A DNA stretch of 64,000 nt from an uncultured Clostridia bacterium. GTDB taxonomy: Bacteria > Bacillota > Clostridia > TANB77 > CAG-508. Where the stretch lies: contig CANREW010000001.1 in NCBI GenBank assembly GCA_947629765.1, forward strand, positions 29,442-93,441, written 5' to 3'. The notes under the pieces were generated by a model, which did no database searches, was not told the DNA's origin, and saw only the letters and a program-made list of their open reading frames with translations. Shown one piece after another: positions 45,954-58,974 of this stretch (positions are counted from its first letter, which is position 1; each line of letters begins with the position of its first letter). A program made the position numbers and the translations under genes.

Positions 45954-46848
45954 ATGAACGATAATAAAATGAATATCAACTGGTATCCAGGCCATATGGC
46001 AAAGGCTAAAAGAGAAATAATTGAAGATTTAAAACTAATTAATGTAGTAATAGAGATACTTGATGCTCGTATTCCAATATCTAGTCAAAATCCAGATATA
46101 AAGAATATTATCAATAAGAAAAAAAGAATTATACTTTTGAATAAATATGATTTAGCAAATGAATCTGAGACAAAGAAATGGCAAGAATATTTTAAAAAGC
46201 AGGGAATAGAAACCGTTTTAGTAAACTCAAATTCAGGAGATGGAGTAAGAGAGACTATAAATAAAATAGAAAAAATAATGCAAGACATAAGAGAAGAAAA
46301 TGCAAAAAAAGGACGTATAAATAAAACTATAAGAGTATTAGTCTTAGGAATACCAAATGTACGGAAAATCATCTTTCATAAATAGAATATCAAAAAGGGT
46401 AACTGCAAAAGTTGGAAATAAGCCAGGAGTTACAGTAAAGAAACAATGGATTAGAATTGCAAACAATATAGAATTATTAGATACACCAGGAATTTTATGG
46501 CCTAAGTTTGAAAGTGAACAAGTTGGACTTAATTTAGCATTTACTGGTACAATAAAAGATGAGATTATAGATAAAGAAGAAATCGCATTTTATCTACTTA
46601 AATATTTAGTAAATAATCATTTAGATTTACTAGTAGAAAAATACAAATTAGATAAAGATAATATAAAAGAAAATCTTCAGCAATTTGAAGAAAATCAAGT
46701 AATTCTTGAAATAATGGAGCAAATAGGAAAAAATAGAGGAGCATTAATTTCAGGGGGCAGAGTAGATAACAAAAAAGTTGCTAATATATTATTACAAGAT
46801 TTTAGAGAAGGAAAAATAGGAAGAATCACATTAGAAAAATGTGAATAA
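45954..46848 (+). pseudogene. rbgA: ribosome biogenesis GTPase A (RbgA/YlqF), interrupted by a 1-nt C insertion near 46362
   Basis: MNDNKMNINWYPGHMAKAKREI... Removing the C in gta C gga aaa restores the P-loop ...VLGIPNVGKSSFINRISKRV... continuous with ORF 46357..46848. Confidence 0.8.
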
Positions 46849-47248
46849 TGAAAGGAAGAATAAATTGGACGAATTAGAAGAAAGAATAAATGAATTATCT
46901 CCACTAACTTGGGCATATGTAGGAGATGCTGTATATGAGTTATATATAAGAGAAAGACTAGCAGAGACAACAAAATATAAACCACATAAATTACATATTG
47001 AAGCAATAAAATATGTTAAGGCACAAGCTCAAGCAAATATTCTAAAAAGTTTAGCAGAAGAACTAACAGAAGATGAAAAAGAAATAGTAAAAAGGGCAAG
47101 AAATACAAAAAATCATCATCTGCCAAAAAATGCAGAAGTAAATGAATATATGTATTCTACGGCTTTTGAAGGATTAATTGGATATCTTTATTTAACTAAA
47201 AAAGAAGATAGATTGAAAGAAATCTTAGATAAATGTATAAATATTTAG
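46841..47248 (+). CDS. mrnC: Mini-ribonuclease 3 (Mini-III)
   Basis: ...LTWAYVGDAVYELYIRERL... RNase III signature in a roughly 135-aa protein. Confidence 0.75.
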   Translation: MNNERKNKLDELEERINELSPLTWAYVGDAVYELYIRERLAETTKYKPHKLHIEAIKYVKAQAQANILKSLAEELTEDEKEIVKRARNTKNHHLPKNAEVNEYMYSTAFEGLIGYLYLTKKEDRLKEILDKCINI

Positions 47249-47313
47249 ATTAATTGTAGATAAATATATAAAAAATAGTTTCCATCATTAATTGAAGGAA
47301 ACTTTTTTTACTA

Positions 47314-47388
47314 TGGTGACCCCTACGGGAATCGAACCCATGATTCCACCTTGAGAGGGTGGCGTCTTAACCGCTTGACCAAGGGGCC
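47314..47388 (-). tRNA. tRNA-Glu (anticodon CUC)
   Basis: Reverse complement GGCCCCTTGGTCAAGCGGTTAAGACGCCACCCTCTCAAGGTGGAATCATGGGTTCGATTCCCGTAGGGGTCACCA. Cloverleaf with GTTCGATTC T-arm, encoded CCA, anticodon loop CUCUCAA. A rho-independent terminator (gtttcc...ggaaacttttttt) sits just before it. Confidence 0.8.
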
Positions 47389-47511
47389 ATAAATTATATT
47401 TATTGTAGCATAATATATATCTAAATGTCAAGAGAAAAATGTAGATAGAAAGAGAATAAAAGGTAAGAGCAAAACCGAAATAATAAAAATAAATATTTTT
47501 AGCAAAAAGTA

Positions 47512-47540
47512 TTGACAAGTGCTAAAAAAATATATATAAT
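47512..47540 (+). promoter_or_regulatory. sigma-A promoter of the hrcA-grpE-dnaK-dnaJ operon
   Basis: TTGACA-17 nt-TATAAT. Confidence 0.5.
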
Positions 47541-47541
47541 G

Positions 47542-47568
47542 TTAGCAGTCGAGAATATTGAGTGCTAA
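47542..47568 (+). promoter_or_regulatory. CIRCE operator upstream of hrcA
   Basis: TTAGCAGTC-gagaatatt-GAGTGCTAA. Carries the same G variant at position 7 as the groES copy. Confidence 0.85.
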
Positions 47569-47583
47569 ACGGAGGTGCAAGAT

Positions 47584-48609
47584 ATGTTAGATGAGCGTAA
47601 GAGAAACATACTTAAAGAAATAGTAGATGAATATATAGCTACTGCAGAGCCAGTTAGTTCAGCAGTAATTGTTGAAAAATATGAAAGCAACATAAGTTCA
47701 GCAACAGTAAGAAATGATATGGCAGAGCTTGAAAAACTTGGGTATTTGGAAAAAACACATGCATCAAGTGGACGTGTTCCATCTGCAAAAGGCTATAGAA
47801 TGTATGTAGACGAATTACTAAAAGATGACAATATAAGTTTAGAAGAAATCAAATATATACAAGAAAAATTAGAGAATAAAGCAGACAGTATTGAAGAACT
47901 TACCAAAATTGCAACAACAACATTATCTGAGATTACACATTACACAACAGTTAGTGTGGGACCTAAAACTTCCGGTCAAATTATTGAAGAAATAAAATTT
48001 GTACTTTTAGGAAATAGAATGTTAATGGGAATAATTGTGACAGATACAGGCTTAGTAAAAGAAACAATTATAAAGTTTGATGAAGATATTACAGCAGAAC
48101 AAGTTGATACATTGAATTATTATTTCAATAACAAGCTTCAAGGAGAACCAATTGAAAAAATAGACGCATCTCTTGAAGAATATATTTTCAGAGAATTAAA
48201 ATATAGTGTAAAAATAATAAGACCAATAATAGAGCAAATGAAAAAGCTAATTCAAGAGGAAGAAAATATATATTTAGAAGGTGCAAATAAATCATTTGAA
48301 TTACCAGAATTTAAGAGCTTAGAACTTGCTAAAAATTTCGTAAATATATTAGACACAAAGGAACTTATGCTAGATATTTTAAATACAGGTTTTGCAGAAG
48401 ATATACAAATATATATTGGAGATGAAAATGACAATAAAGAATTAAAAGATTTTAGCGTAGTTACATTTAAACATTCAGTTGGAGACAAAGACTTAGGAAC
48501 AATAGGAATTATAGGACCAAAGAGAATGAATTATTCGAAGGTTATTTCAGTTATGAAATATATAAGCAAAAAGCTTAATGAAAATGATAATTTTAACAAA
48601 AAAGATTAA
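47584..48609 (+). CDS. hrcA: heat-inducible transcription repressor HrcA
   Basis: MLDERKRNILKEIVDEYIATAEPVSSAVIVEKYESNISSATVRNDMAELEKLGYLEKTHASSGRVPS... Confidence 0.9.
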   Translation: MLDERKRNILKEIVDEYIATAEPVSSAVIVEKYESNISSATVRNDMAELEKLGYLEKTHASSGRVPSAKGYRMYVDELLKDDNISLEEIKYIQEKLENKADSIEELTKIATTTLSEITHYTTVSVGPKTSGQIIEEIKFVLLGNRMLMGIIVTDTGLVKETIIKFDEDITAEQVDTLNYYFNNKLQGEPIEKIDASLEEYIFRELKYSVKIIRPIIEQMKKLIQEEENIYLEGANKSFELPEFKSLELAKNFVNILDTKELMLDILNTGFAEDIQIYIGDENDNKELKDFSVVTFKHSVGDKDLGTIGIIGPKRMNYSKVISVMKYISKKLNENDNFNKKD

Positions 48610-48638
48610 TAATAAAACAAAGGGAGGAAATGATATAG

Positions 48639-49232
48639 ATGGAAGAACAAGAAGAAAAAAACGTAAATGAAGAGACAAAAAAAGATGAAAACATAAGTGA
48701 AGAGACAAAAAAAGATGAAAACATAAGTGAAGAGATGGATCAAGCTACAGTAAAAGAAGAAATTGAAAAAGAACTTTCAGATATTAAGCAAGATCCAGAA
48801 GTTCAAAAAATGCAAGAAGACTTAGAGAACACAACTGACAGGCTAAAAAGACTTATGGCAGAATTTGATAACTTCAAAAAAAGAAATGCAAAAGAAAGAG
48901 AAGTTCTATATTCTTCAATACTTATAGATGTAGTGAGCAAATTGTTGCCAGTTTTAGATAATCTTGAAAAAGCAGCAAGTGCAGAAACACAAGACATAAA
49001 CTATAAGCAAGGAATAGAGTTAATACTTAAACAATATACAGATGTACTTACTTCTTTTGGAGTTACACAAATTGAAAGCATAGGTAAAACTTTTGATCCA
49101 GAATTGCATGAAGCAGTAAGTATGGTGCAAGATGAAAACTTAGGCGAAAAAGAAATAAAAGAAGAATTTAGAAAAGGTTACAAACTTGGAGACAAAGTAA
49201 TAAGACACGCAATGGTAGTTGTAAACCAATAA
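48639..49232 (+). CDS. grpE: nucleotide exchange factor GrpE
   Basis: ...RLKRLMAEFDNFKKRNAKERE... Confidence 0.85.
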   Translation: MEEQEEKNVNEETKKDENISEETKKDENISEEMDQATVKEEIEKELSDIKQDPEVQKMQEDLENTTDRLKRLMAEFDNFKKRNAKEREVLYSSILIDVVSKLLPVLDNLEKAASAETQDINYKQGIELILKQYTDVLTSFGVTQIESIGKTFDPELHEAVSMVQDENLGEKEIKEEFRKGYKLGDKVIRHAMVVVNQ

Positions 49233-49257
49233 TTTAGTTATTAATTTTTAAATATAA

Positions 49258-51198
<1,941 letters not shown>

Positions 51199-51222
51199 TA
51201 AGAAGGGAATAAGCAAATAAAT

Positions 51223-51582
51223 ATGGATGAAGAAGTTTGTTTTATAGATGGTGATGGAAATAAAATTTCTTGTGAAGGTATATGTTCACATATTGGTTTG
51301 GCAAGAGCAATTTTGGAAAAGGACAAAAAACTTGACGAAGAATTCAAAAAAAGTGGTGTGCAAGATCCAGTAGATTTCTTTATATATAATAAAGGTTGGG
51401 CAAAAGTAACTTGCCAAAGCTATTATAAAAAATGTGTTTATTCATCATCTAGACTTAGTGAAAAACAAAGACAAATTCTATTATACTATAAACGTGCAGC
51501 AGGATATGAGATGGACGATTTAGATATGTTAGAATTACAACGAAAATACAAAAATGATGGAAAATGGAATACTGATAGATAA
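51223..51582 (+). CDS. hypothetical Cys-containing protein inserted between dnaK and dnaJ
   Basis: 119 aa: MDEEVCFIDGDGNKISCEGICSHIGLARAIL... A terminator hairpin (gaggttggaaattttactagtccaacctc) follows. Confidence 0.4.
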   Translation: MDEEVCFIDGDGNKISCEGICSHIGLARAILEKDKKLDEEFKKSGVQDPVDFFIYNKGWAKVTCQSYYKKCVYSSSRLSEKQRQILLYYKRAAGYEMDDLDMLELQRKYKNDGKWNTDR

Positions 51583-51685
51583 AAAGTAGAGGTTGGAAAT
51601 TTTACTAGTCCAACCTCGAAATTTGATAAATATAAAGAAAAGGAGAAATATATTAGTAAAGATATACTAATATATACAGTGAAAA

Positions 51686-52825
51686 ATGGCTGAAAAAAGA
51701 GATTACTATGAAGTGCTTGGAGTAGAAAAGACAGCAACTGACGAAGAAATAAAAAAAGCATATAGAAGACTTGCAAAAAAATATCATCCAGATGCAAATC
51801 CTGACAATAAAAAAGAAGCAGAAGCTAAATTTAAGGAAATAAATGAAGCCTATGAGACTTTATCAGATAAACAAAAAAGATCTATGTATGATCAATTTGG
51901 AGCAAATGGTCCACAAGGCTTTGGTGGAGGAGCAGGAAATGGATATTATTCATATTCTACATCTGGTTTTGATGGATTTGATATAGATTTAGACGATATT
52001 GTATCTTCAATTTTTGGTGGAGGCAGAAGAAGAAACTCTAGGACACAAAACGGACCAAGCAAAGGTGCTGATTTAAGGCACGATATAGAAATTACATTTG
52101 AAGAATCTTATTTAGGTGTAAGAAAACAAATAAATATTTCTAGAGAAGATGTATGTGATGTCTGCCATGGTAGCGGTGCAAAACCAGGAAGTAAAGTAGA
52201 TACATGTTCAGTTTGTAACGGAACTGGACAGATAAGACAAGTGCAGACTACTTTATTTGGACAAATGCAAACATCTAGAACTTGTACAAATTGTGGTGGA
52301 ACTGGAAAAGTAATTCGTGAAGTTTGTGAAAAATGTAGAGGAAAAGGAAGAATAAAAAAACAGTCAAGAATCACAGTAAGTATACCAGCAGGAATTGACG
52401 ATGGACAGACAGTAGTTTTAAGAGGTGAAGGTGCACCAGGACAAAACGGTGGCCCAAAAGGTGATTTATATATAGTGGTACATATTAAACATCACCCTAT
52501 ATATATAAGAAAAGATGATCATATACTTTGTGATATTCCAGTAACTGTAACACAGGCAACCTTAGGTGCTGAACTAGAAATACCAATGGTAGATGGGACA
52601 AAAGAAAAATTTAAAATACCAGAAGGAACTCAAACAGGTACAAAGTTTAGAATAAAACAAAAAGGATTTAGTAGCATAAATAGAAATTATAGAGGCGACT
52701 TTATATTTACAGTTATTGTTCAAACTCCAAAAAGGCTTTCAAAAGAACAAAGAGATTTGTTTGAACAATTAGCAAAAACTATGAATGAACAACCACCTGT
52801 AAGAAGAAAAGGAATATTTGGATAA
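51686..52825 (+). CDS. dnaJ: molecular chaperone DnaJ
   Basis: J-domain (DYYEVLGV...KKYHPD), G/F region, four CxxCxGxG zinc-finger repeats. Confidence 0.9.
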   Translation: MAEKRDYYEVLGVEKTATDEEIKKAYRRLAKKYHPDANPDNKKEAEAKFKEINEAYETLSDKQKRSMYDQFGANGPQGFGGGAGNGYYSYSTSGFDGFDIDLDDIVSSIFGGGRRRNSRTQNGPSKGADLRHDIEITFEESYLGVRKQINISREDVCDVCHGSGAKPGSKVDTCSVCNGTGQIRQVQTTLFGQMQTSRTCTNCGGTGKVIREVCEKCRGKGRIKKQSRITVSIPAGIDDGQTVVLRGEGAPGQNGGPKGDLYIVVHIKHHPIYIRKDDHILCDIPVTVTQATLGAELEIPMVDGTKEKFKIPEGTQTGTKFRIKQKGFSSINRNYRGDFIFTVIVQTPKRLSKEQRDLFEQLAKTMNEQPPVRRKGIFG

Positions 52826-52977
52826 AATATTACATTTATATTACAAATTAATTACTTCTATTGACTGAAGTAAAAAAATAGATTACAATAAATTTAAATT
52901 AACTTTTATGTTAAACAAAAGAACGGAAAACAAAGGAGAAAATGAATGACAATAAACGCTAGAAGCCTAGAGACTGT

Positions 52978-53000
52978 ACACACACACACACACACACACA
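52978..53000. repeat. dinucleotide simple-sequence repeat, (CA)n with about 11 units
   Basis: gtACACACACACACACACACACACAaatag, about 120 nt upstream of the ATG at 53120. A partially complementary TG/T tract (ttttgtgtgttttttt) lies at about 53066..53081. Confidence 0.85.
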
Positions 53001-53119
53001 AATAGTATATTAAAAGAAAGAGATAATATAAGGACACACAGGACTTATACTTTTTAGGGTATGAGTTTTGTGTGTTTTTTTGTTATATAAAAATATAAAG
53101 GAAAAGGAGAGAAAAACTT

Positions 53120-54589
53120 ATGAAGAAAAATAAAGGTATTACATTAATAGCATTGATTATAACAATAATAATCTTAATAATACTAACAGCAGTAACAATA
53201 AATAATGTAATAAGAACAGACCTAATAGGATTTGCAACAAAGGCAGTGGAAAATTATACAGATGTAGCAAAAGATGAGGCAGACAAAGTAGATGAGTTAG
53301 TAGGAATAACTGATAATTTAGGAGTAGGAAAAGATAGTATAGTAAAAGCAGGAGAGATAGTAACAGAGACTAAAAAAGATAATTATACAGATGTAACAGG
53401 AAGAGCAGCAACAATACCAGCAGGCTTTAAAGTATCAACAAAATCGTCAGAACAATATATAAAAGATGGACTAGTAATACAAGACAACGATGGCAACGAA
53501 TTTGTTTGGGTACCATGTTATTATGCAGATACTGAAAATACAAAACCAGATGGAACAGCTGAGGATGTACAACAATACAAAAAGCATACTTATGAGGATC
53601 AGACTGATACAGAATGTGTGACAGTAGAAAAAGGTGGTAAAGGATGGAAAACATTCTATTATACTTCTTTTAAAGATTGGTTAGATATAGCTACGCAGAA
53701 ACTAAATAATGGTGTAATAGAACCAGATAAGGACGCATATGGAAATAAAAGTGTAAGAGACTATGGAGGATTCTATATAGCAAGATATGAAGCTGGATGG
53801 GACGAAACGACAGTAGAAAACTTACAAGGAGGATCAACAGACTATATTAAAACGGGTTATGAAGAGGAAAAAACCAAAAGAAATATAACAACAAAAACTC
53901 CAGTAAGCAAACCGAATGTATTTAGTTGGAATTTTATAAGTCAACAAAATGCAAAAACAGTATCAGAGAATATGTATAAAGACAGTAGTTCAGTAGATAG
54001 TAAATTAGTAGATGGAACAGCATGGGATACAATAACAAACTGGATAGCAACTGATGGAGAGAAAATAGTAACAGAAAGTACATCATATGGAAACTATAAT
54101 GATACAAATAAATCCTATACAGGATGGTATGCAGAACATGTATGGTCTAGTCAAATTAAAGCTGCTGGTGGTGTAACGGGATGGCTATATGCGAGTAAGT
54201 TTAACAGTGGCTCAATCGACCTTCAATGGAAGAAATTAACAGTTGACCAATGGAATACAAAGAAGGCAGATATAGCTAATGCTAATGAAAGCACTGATAC
54301 AACTAATTATAACCTAGACACAAGAATAGAAATACCAACAGGAAGCTATGATGAATTCAAATTAAAGAATATATATGACTTAGCAGGAAATATGTGGGAA
54401 TGGACAACAGAAGTAGGCGATCATAAGGATAAAGTAGAAACCACGAACAGCGGTTCAATCGCTGTTTTCCGTGGCGGTTGCTTTAATTACTCTGGTACTG
54501 ATGGTCCACTTTGCTCTCGCCATGGTTACCATAGTTCTTCAACTATGGCTGTCGACATCGGGTTCCGTGTCGTGCTTTATGTAAAGTAG
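53120..54589 (+). CDS. prepilin-like N-terminal TM protein with C-terminal FGE-sulfatase (SUMF1/DUF323) domain
   Basis: N-terminus MKKNKGITLIALIITIIILIILTAV (class-III-signal-like, lacking Glu5). C-terminus ...VFRGGCFNYSGTDGPLCSRHGYHSSSTMAVDIGFRVVL matches the FGE-sulfatase RGGS-type and GFRxV motifs. The 3' portion is GC-richer than the rest. Confidence 0.5.
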   Translation: MKKNKGITLIALIITIIILIILTAVTINNVIRTDLIGFATKAVENYTDVAKDEADKVDELVGITDNLGVGKDSIVKAGEIVTETKKDNYTDVTGRAATIPAGFKVSTKSSEQYIKDGLVIQDNDGNEFVWVPCYYADTENTKPDGTAEDVQQYKKHTYEDQTDTECVTVEKGGKGWKTFYYTSFKDWLDIATQKLNNGVIEPDKDAYGNKSVRDYGGFYIARYEAGWDETTVENLQGGSTDYIKTGYEEEKTKRNITTKTPVSKPNVFSWNFISQQNAKTVSENMYKDSSSVDSKLVDGTAWDTITNWIATDGEKIVTESTSYGNYNDTNKSYTGWYAEHVWSSQIKAAGGVTGWLYASKFNSGSIDLQWKKLTVDQWNTKKADIANANESTDTTNYNLDTRIEIPTGSYDEFKLKNIYDLAGNMWEWTTEVGDHKDKVETTNSGSIAVFRGGCFNYSGTDGPLCSRHGYHSSSTMAVDIGFRVVLYVK

Positions 54590-54778
54590 ATGGCAAGAAG
54601 TAAAGAATTCGCATATATTTTGATAATTACAAAAAAGAGACACTGGGAATTATTCCAGTGCCTCTTTTAGCATTAAAATAAAATTTCAATAAAAATCAAT
54701 AAAAAAACTTGTAATTATTTTATTTATTGATATAATATTAAGGGTTAAGAAAATTTTAAAAGAAAAGAGGAAGATATA

Positions 54779-55912
54779 ATGAAAAAAGTTGCAATACTTG
54801 CAAATGGTGGAGATGTTTCAGGATTTAATGCTGTTATCAGAGGAATTGTAAAAATGGCAGAACTCAATGGTATTAAATGTTATGGATATATAGAAGGATA
54901 TAAGGGATTACTTGAAAATAATTATATAAAACTTGATTCTTATACAAATGCATCAGGAATTTTATACAAAGGTGGCTCAATAATAGGTTCTTCAACTAAT
55001 GCAAATGTATTTAATTATAAAGTAGAAGAAAATGGAAAAACAGTATATAAAGATTTATCAGATGTATGTATAAAAAATGCTAAAAAGGATGGATTTGATT
55101 GCATATTTACATTGGGAGGAGATGGAACTCAAAAATCAGCAAGAGATTTATATTTAAAAGGATTAAATGTAATAGGAGTTCCAAAAACAATAGATAATGA
55201 CGTTGCTTGTACTGATGTAACATTTGGATATAATACAGCTGTATCTGTTGCAATGGAAGCATTAGATAGACTTCACTCAACAGGAGAAACACATCACAGA
55301 ATAATGGTACTAGAAGTTATGGGAAGGTATGCAGGCTGGATAGCATTAGAATCTGCAATTGCAGGAGGAGGAGATGTAGCACTAATTCCAGAAATACCAT
55401 TTGATTTGAAAAAGGTAGCAAAGAAAATTAAAGAAAGAATAAAGAAAGGTAAAAGATTTAGCTTAGTTGTTGTTGCAGAAGGTGCAGTTCCAAAAGACGG
55501 AACAGTAACTGTAAAAGATGTAAGAGATAATGGCTCGGGAGTAGATAATACTAAACTTGGTGGAATTGGAGAAAAAGTTGCACAAGAACTTCAAAAACTT
55601 ACAGGATTAGAAGCAAGAAACACAACACTTGGATATATGCAAAGAGGTGGAACTCCAACAGCTTATGACAGAGTATTATCAACAGAATATGGAACAAAGG
55701 CAATGGAATTAGCGCTAGAAGGAAAATTTGGAGTTTTAGCAGTTATGAAAAACGGAAAATTAAGTTCAGTTCCACTAGAAAAAGTAGTAGGCAAAAATAA
55801 AGAAATAGGTGCTGTTTCTGGAAATACAAAAGAGAGCAATTTAAGAAGAGTTACAATGGATGATGACTTAGTTAAAACTGCTAGAAATATAGGAATATCA
55901 TTAGGAGATTAA
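54779..55912 (+). CDS. pfkA: 6-phosphofructokinase
   Basis: MKKVAILANGGDVSGFNAVIRG...TLGGDGTQKSA...GVPKTIDNDV...MGRYAGWIAL... Confidence 0.85.
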   Translation: MKKVAILANGGDVSGFNAVIRGIVKMAELNGIKCYGYIEGYKGLLENNYIKLDSYTNASGILYKGGSIIGSSTNANVFNYKVEENGKTVYKDLSDVCIKNAKKDGFDCIFTLGGDGTQKSARDLYLKGLNVIGVPKTIDNDVACTDVTFGYNTAVSVAMEALDRLHSTGETHHRIMVLEVMGRYAGWIALESAIAGGGDVALIPEIPFDLKKVAKKIKERIKKGKRFSLVVVAEGAVPKDGTVTVKDVRDNGSGVDNTKLGGIGEKVAQELQKLTGLEARNTTLGYMQRGGTPTAYDRVLSTEYGTKAMELALEGKFGVLAVMKNGKLSSVPLEKVVGKNKEIGAVSGNTKESNLRRVTMDDDLVKTARNIGISLGD

Positions 55913-55944
55913 TATTAATTACAAAGAGATAGGGGTTAAATTTT

Positions 55945-57652
55945 ATGATTAGCTTTAAAGAAGGTATAGCACAAGAAATAGCAAAAGCTACAGAATTGAA
56001 TTATGAAGAAATAATAATTGGAATAGAAACTCCAAAAGAAAAAGAACAAGGGGATTATGCTTTCCCTTGTTTTAGGCTTGCCAAAAGCTTAAAAAAGTCT
56101 CCACAAATTATTGCAGAAGAGATAAAACAAAAAATTGAGTTAGATAATGATTTAATTCAAAAGATGGAAGTTGTTGGCGGATATTTAAACTTTTTTGTAA
56201 AAAAAGAAACATTAGTAAAAACAGTTATAGACGAATTTCAAGAAAAAGATGATGACTATGGAAAATCTAATTTAGGTTCTGGAAAAAATATAATAGTTGA
56301 ATATTCGTCACCGAACATTGCAAAACCATTCCATATAGGACATTTAAGGACAACCTTAATAGGAAATGCGTTATACAATACATATAAATATTTAGGATAT
56401 AACACTATACGGAATTAACCATCTAGGAGATTATGGAACACAATTTGGAAAAATGATAGAAGGGTACAAGCTTTGGAGTAGTGAATATAAATTTGAAAAT
56501 CCTATTGAAGATTTGACAGATATATATGTAAGAATAAATGAACTTTGCAAACAAGATGAAAATGTACTTGAAAAATGTAGAGATAACTTTAAAAGACTAG
56601 AAGATAGAGAAGAGTATGAAGTAAACCTTTGGAATAAGTTAAAAGAACTTAGTTTGAAGGAATTTAACAAGATTTATGATTTACTAGATGTAAAATTTGA
56701 TTCATTAAATGGTGAAGCTTTTTATGCTGATAAATTACAAGAAGTTATAGATATATTGGAAAAAACTGGAAAACTTGTAGAATCAGATGGAGCAAAAATA
56801 ATTGACTTAGAAGATAAAGGTATGACACCATGTATAATTTGCAAATCAAATGGTTCTAGCATATATGCAACTCGTGACCTAGCTGCAATACTTTATAGAG
56901 CAAGAACTTACGACTTTGATAAATGTTTATACGTAGTTGCTTATGAACAAAATTTACATTTTAAGCAGATATTTGAAGTTGCAAAATTACTTGGATTAGA
57001 CCAAAAGTATATAGATGGACTAGAACATGTTTCTTATGGTATGGTGCATTTAAAATCTGGTAAAATGTCAACTCGTGAGGGTAATGTAATAAAAGTTGAA
57101 GACTTACTAAAAGAAGCAATTGAAAGAGCAGGAAAAATATTAGAAGAAAAAAATCCAAATATTGAAAACAAAGAAGATATTGCACAAAAAGTAGGCATTG
57201 GAGCTATTATATTTAATGATTTATCAAATAGTAGAATAAAGGATGAGACATTTGACTGGGATACTATTTTAAATTTCCAAGGAGAGACAGGACCATATAT
57301 ACAATATATGTATGTGAGAACAAAAAGCGTTCTTGATGGAGCAAATAATGAAATAGATAGTAACGAAATTGATATAAATAATTTACTAGACGAAGAGGCA
57401 ATAGATGTTATAAAAAATATATATAATTTCGAAGATGTTCTTATAAGTGTTACAGAAAAGAATGAACCATATTTACTTAGTAAATATTTAATAGATCTTT
57501 CAAAAAATTATAGTGCTTTTTATAACAATCATAAGATCTTAGTAGAAGATAAAAAAATAGCAAATAGTAGATTATATTTAACATACATGACAAATAAAAT
57601 ATTGGAGAAAGGTGCTAGAATACTAGGCATTAAGATGCCAGATAAAATGTAA
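55945..57652 (+). pseudogene. argS: arginine--tRNA ligase, interrupted by a 1-nt C insertion near 56410
   Basis: ...SSPNIAKPFHIGHLRTTLIGNALYNTYKYLGYNTI then a stop as written. Removing the C in ata C gga att gives ...[26 protein letters not shown]..., continuous with ORF 56453..57652. Confidence 0.85.
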
Positions 57653-57752
57653 TTGTAAAATATATGTGTATTTTGTTGATTTTTAATTAAATATAATATA
57701 TAATAAAAAAATAGAAAATAAAATAAAAAATGAAGTATACAAAGGAGTTATT

Positions 57753-58841
57753 ATGAAAGCGAAAAGAATGAAAGAAAAAGAAGATGAAGAATATGAGAAA
57801 CCTAGAAAGAAAACTACAAAGAAAAAGAAAAAAAGACATTTGTTCTTAAAAACAGTAATTGTATTACTTATAATTATTGTGATTTTAGCAGGTGTTCTTG
57901 TAGGTTATGTATATAGTAAATTTGCAAGATTAAATCATGATGAAATAGATGTAAATGATATAGGAATAAATGTAGATGCCCCAGAATATAAAGGATATCT
58001 AAATATCCTTTTACTTGGAGTTGATTCAAGAAACAATACTTATGAAGGAACTTTAAGCGACTCTATAATGATAGTAAGTATAAATCAAGATACAAATGAT
58101 GTAAAGATTGCGTCAGTTTATAGAGACTCATATCTAAAAGTTGGAAATAAGTTAGACAAAATAACTCATGCATTTGGACAAGGTGGAGCAAAAGCATCTT
58201 TGACAGCAATTAATACTAACCTAGACTTAGATATTACTAAATATGTAGCAGTAAACTTCGAGGTTGTAGTTGATGTGGTTGATGCTGTTGGCGGAATAGA
58301 TATGGAGATAAGTGATGAAGAATCAAAATATATAAATACTTATATTAAAGAAATCAATAGAGTAACAAAGCATTCTTCTAAACAAATAACAAAGGGTGGA
58401 AGTTACCACTTAGATGGTGTACAAGCATTAGCATATTCTAGAATAAGGTATACATCAGGAGGAGACTACAAGAGAACAGAGAGACAAAGAACTGTATTAA
58501 ATAAAGTATTTGAAAAAGTAAAAACAATGAATCTAGTACAATTAAATAATATAGCAGACAGAATATTAGATGAAATATCAACTAATATACCAACTAACGA
58601 AATATTGTATTTACTTAGCAAAGCTGCATCATATAATATAGCAGGTACAAGAGGATGGCCTGATACAGAAACTGGAATAAAGGGATATCAACCAGCAGGC
58701 GTATGGTATGGAGCACCTGTTAATCTAGCAAATCAAGTAAAAGAATTGCATAGCTACTTATTTGAAGGAGAAGAATACGAAACATCTGCGACTGTTCAAT
58801 CTATAAGTGATTTAATTACAAAAACAACTGGATACAAGTAA
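57753..58841 (+). CDS. LytR-CpsA-Psr (LCP) family protein
   Basis: N-terminal TM. ...LLGVDSR...SDSIMIVSIN...LSIPRD-like core (YRDSYLKV). ...VDAVGGIDME... Confidence 0.8.
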   Translation: MKAKRMKEKEDEEYEKPRKKTTKKKKKRHLFLKTVIVLLIIIVILAGVLVGYVYSKFARLNHDEIDVNDIGINVDAPEYKGYLNILLLGVDSRNNTYEGTLSDSIMIVSINQDTNDVKIASVYRDSYLKVGNKLDKITHAFGQGGAKASLTAINTNLDLDITKYVAVNFEVVVDVVDAVGGIDMEISDEESKYINTYIKEINRVTKHSSKQITKGGSYHLDGVQALAYSRIRYTSGGDYKRTERQRTVLNKVFEKVKTMNLVQLNNIADRILDEISTNIPTNEILYLLSKAASYNIAGTRGWPDTETGIKGYQPAGVWYGAPVNLANQVKELHSYLFEGEEYETSATVQSISDLITKTTGYK

Positions 58842-58974
58842 AATAAAACATAATAAAATCTCACAAATTAAATGTGAGATTTTATTTTATTTCTATTGAC
58901 TTTTTTTGAAATTTAATAGATAATAAATGTATTAACCAAAGAATTTTTAAAAAGAACAGAGGAGGAAAATTTTT

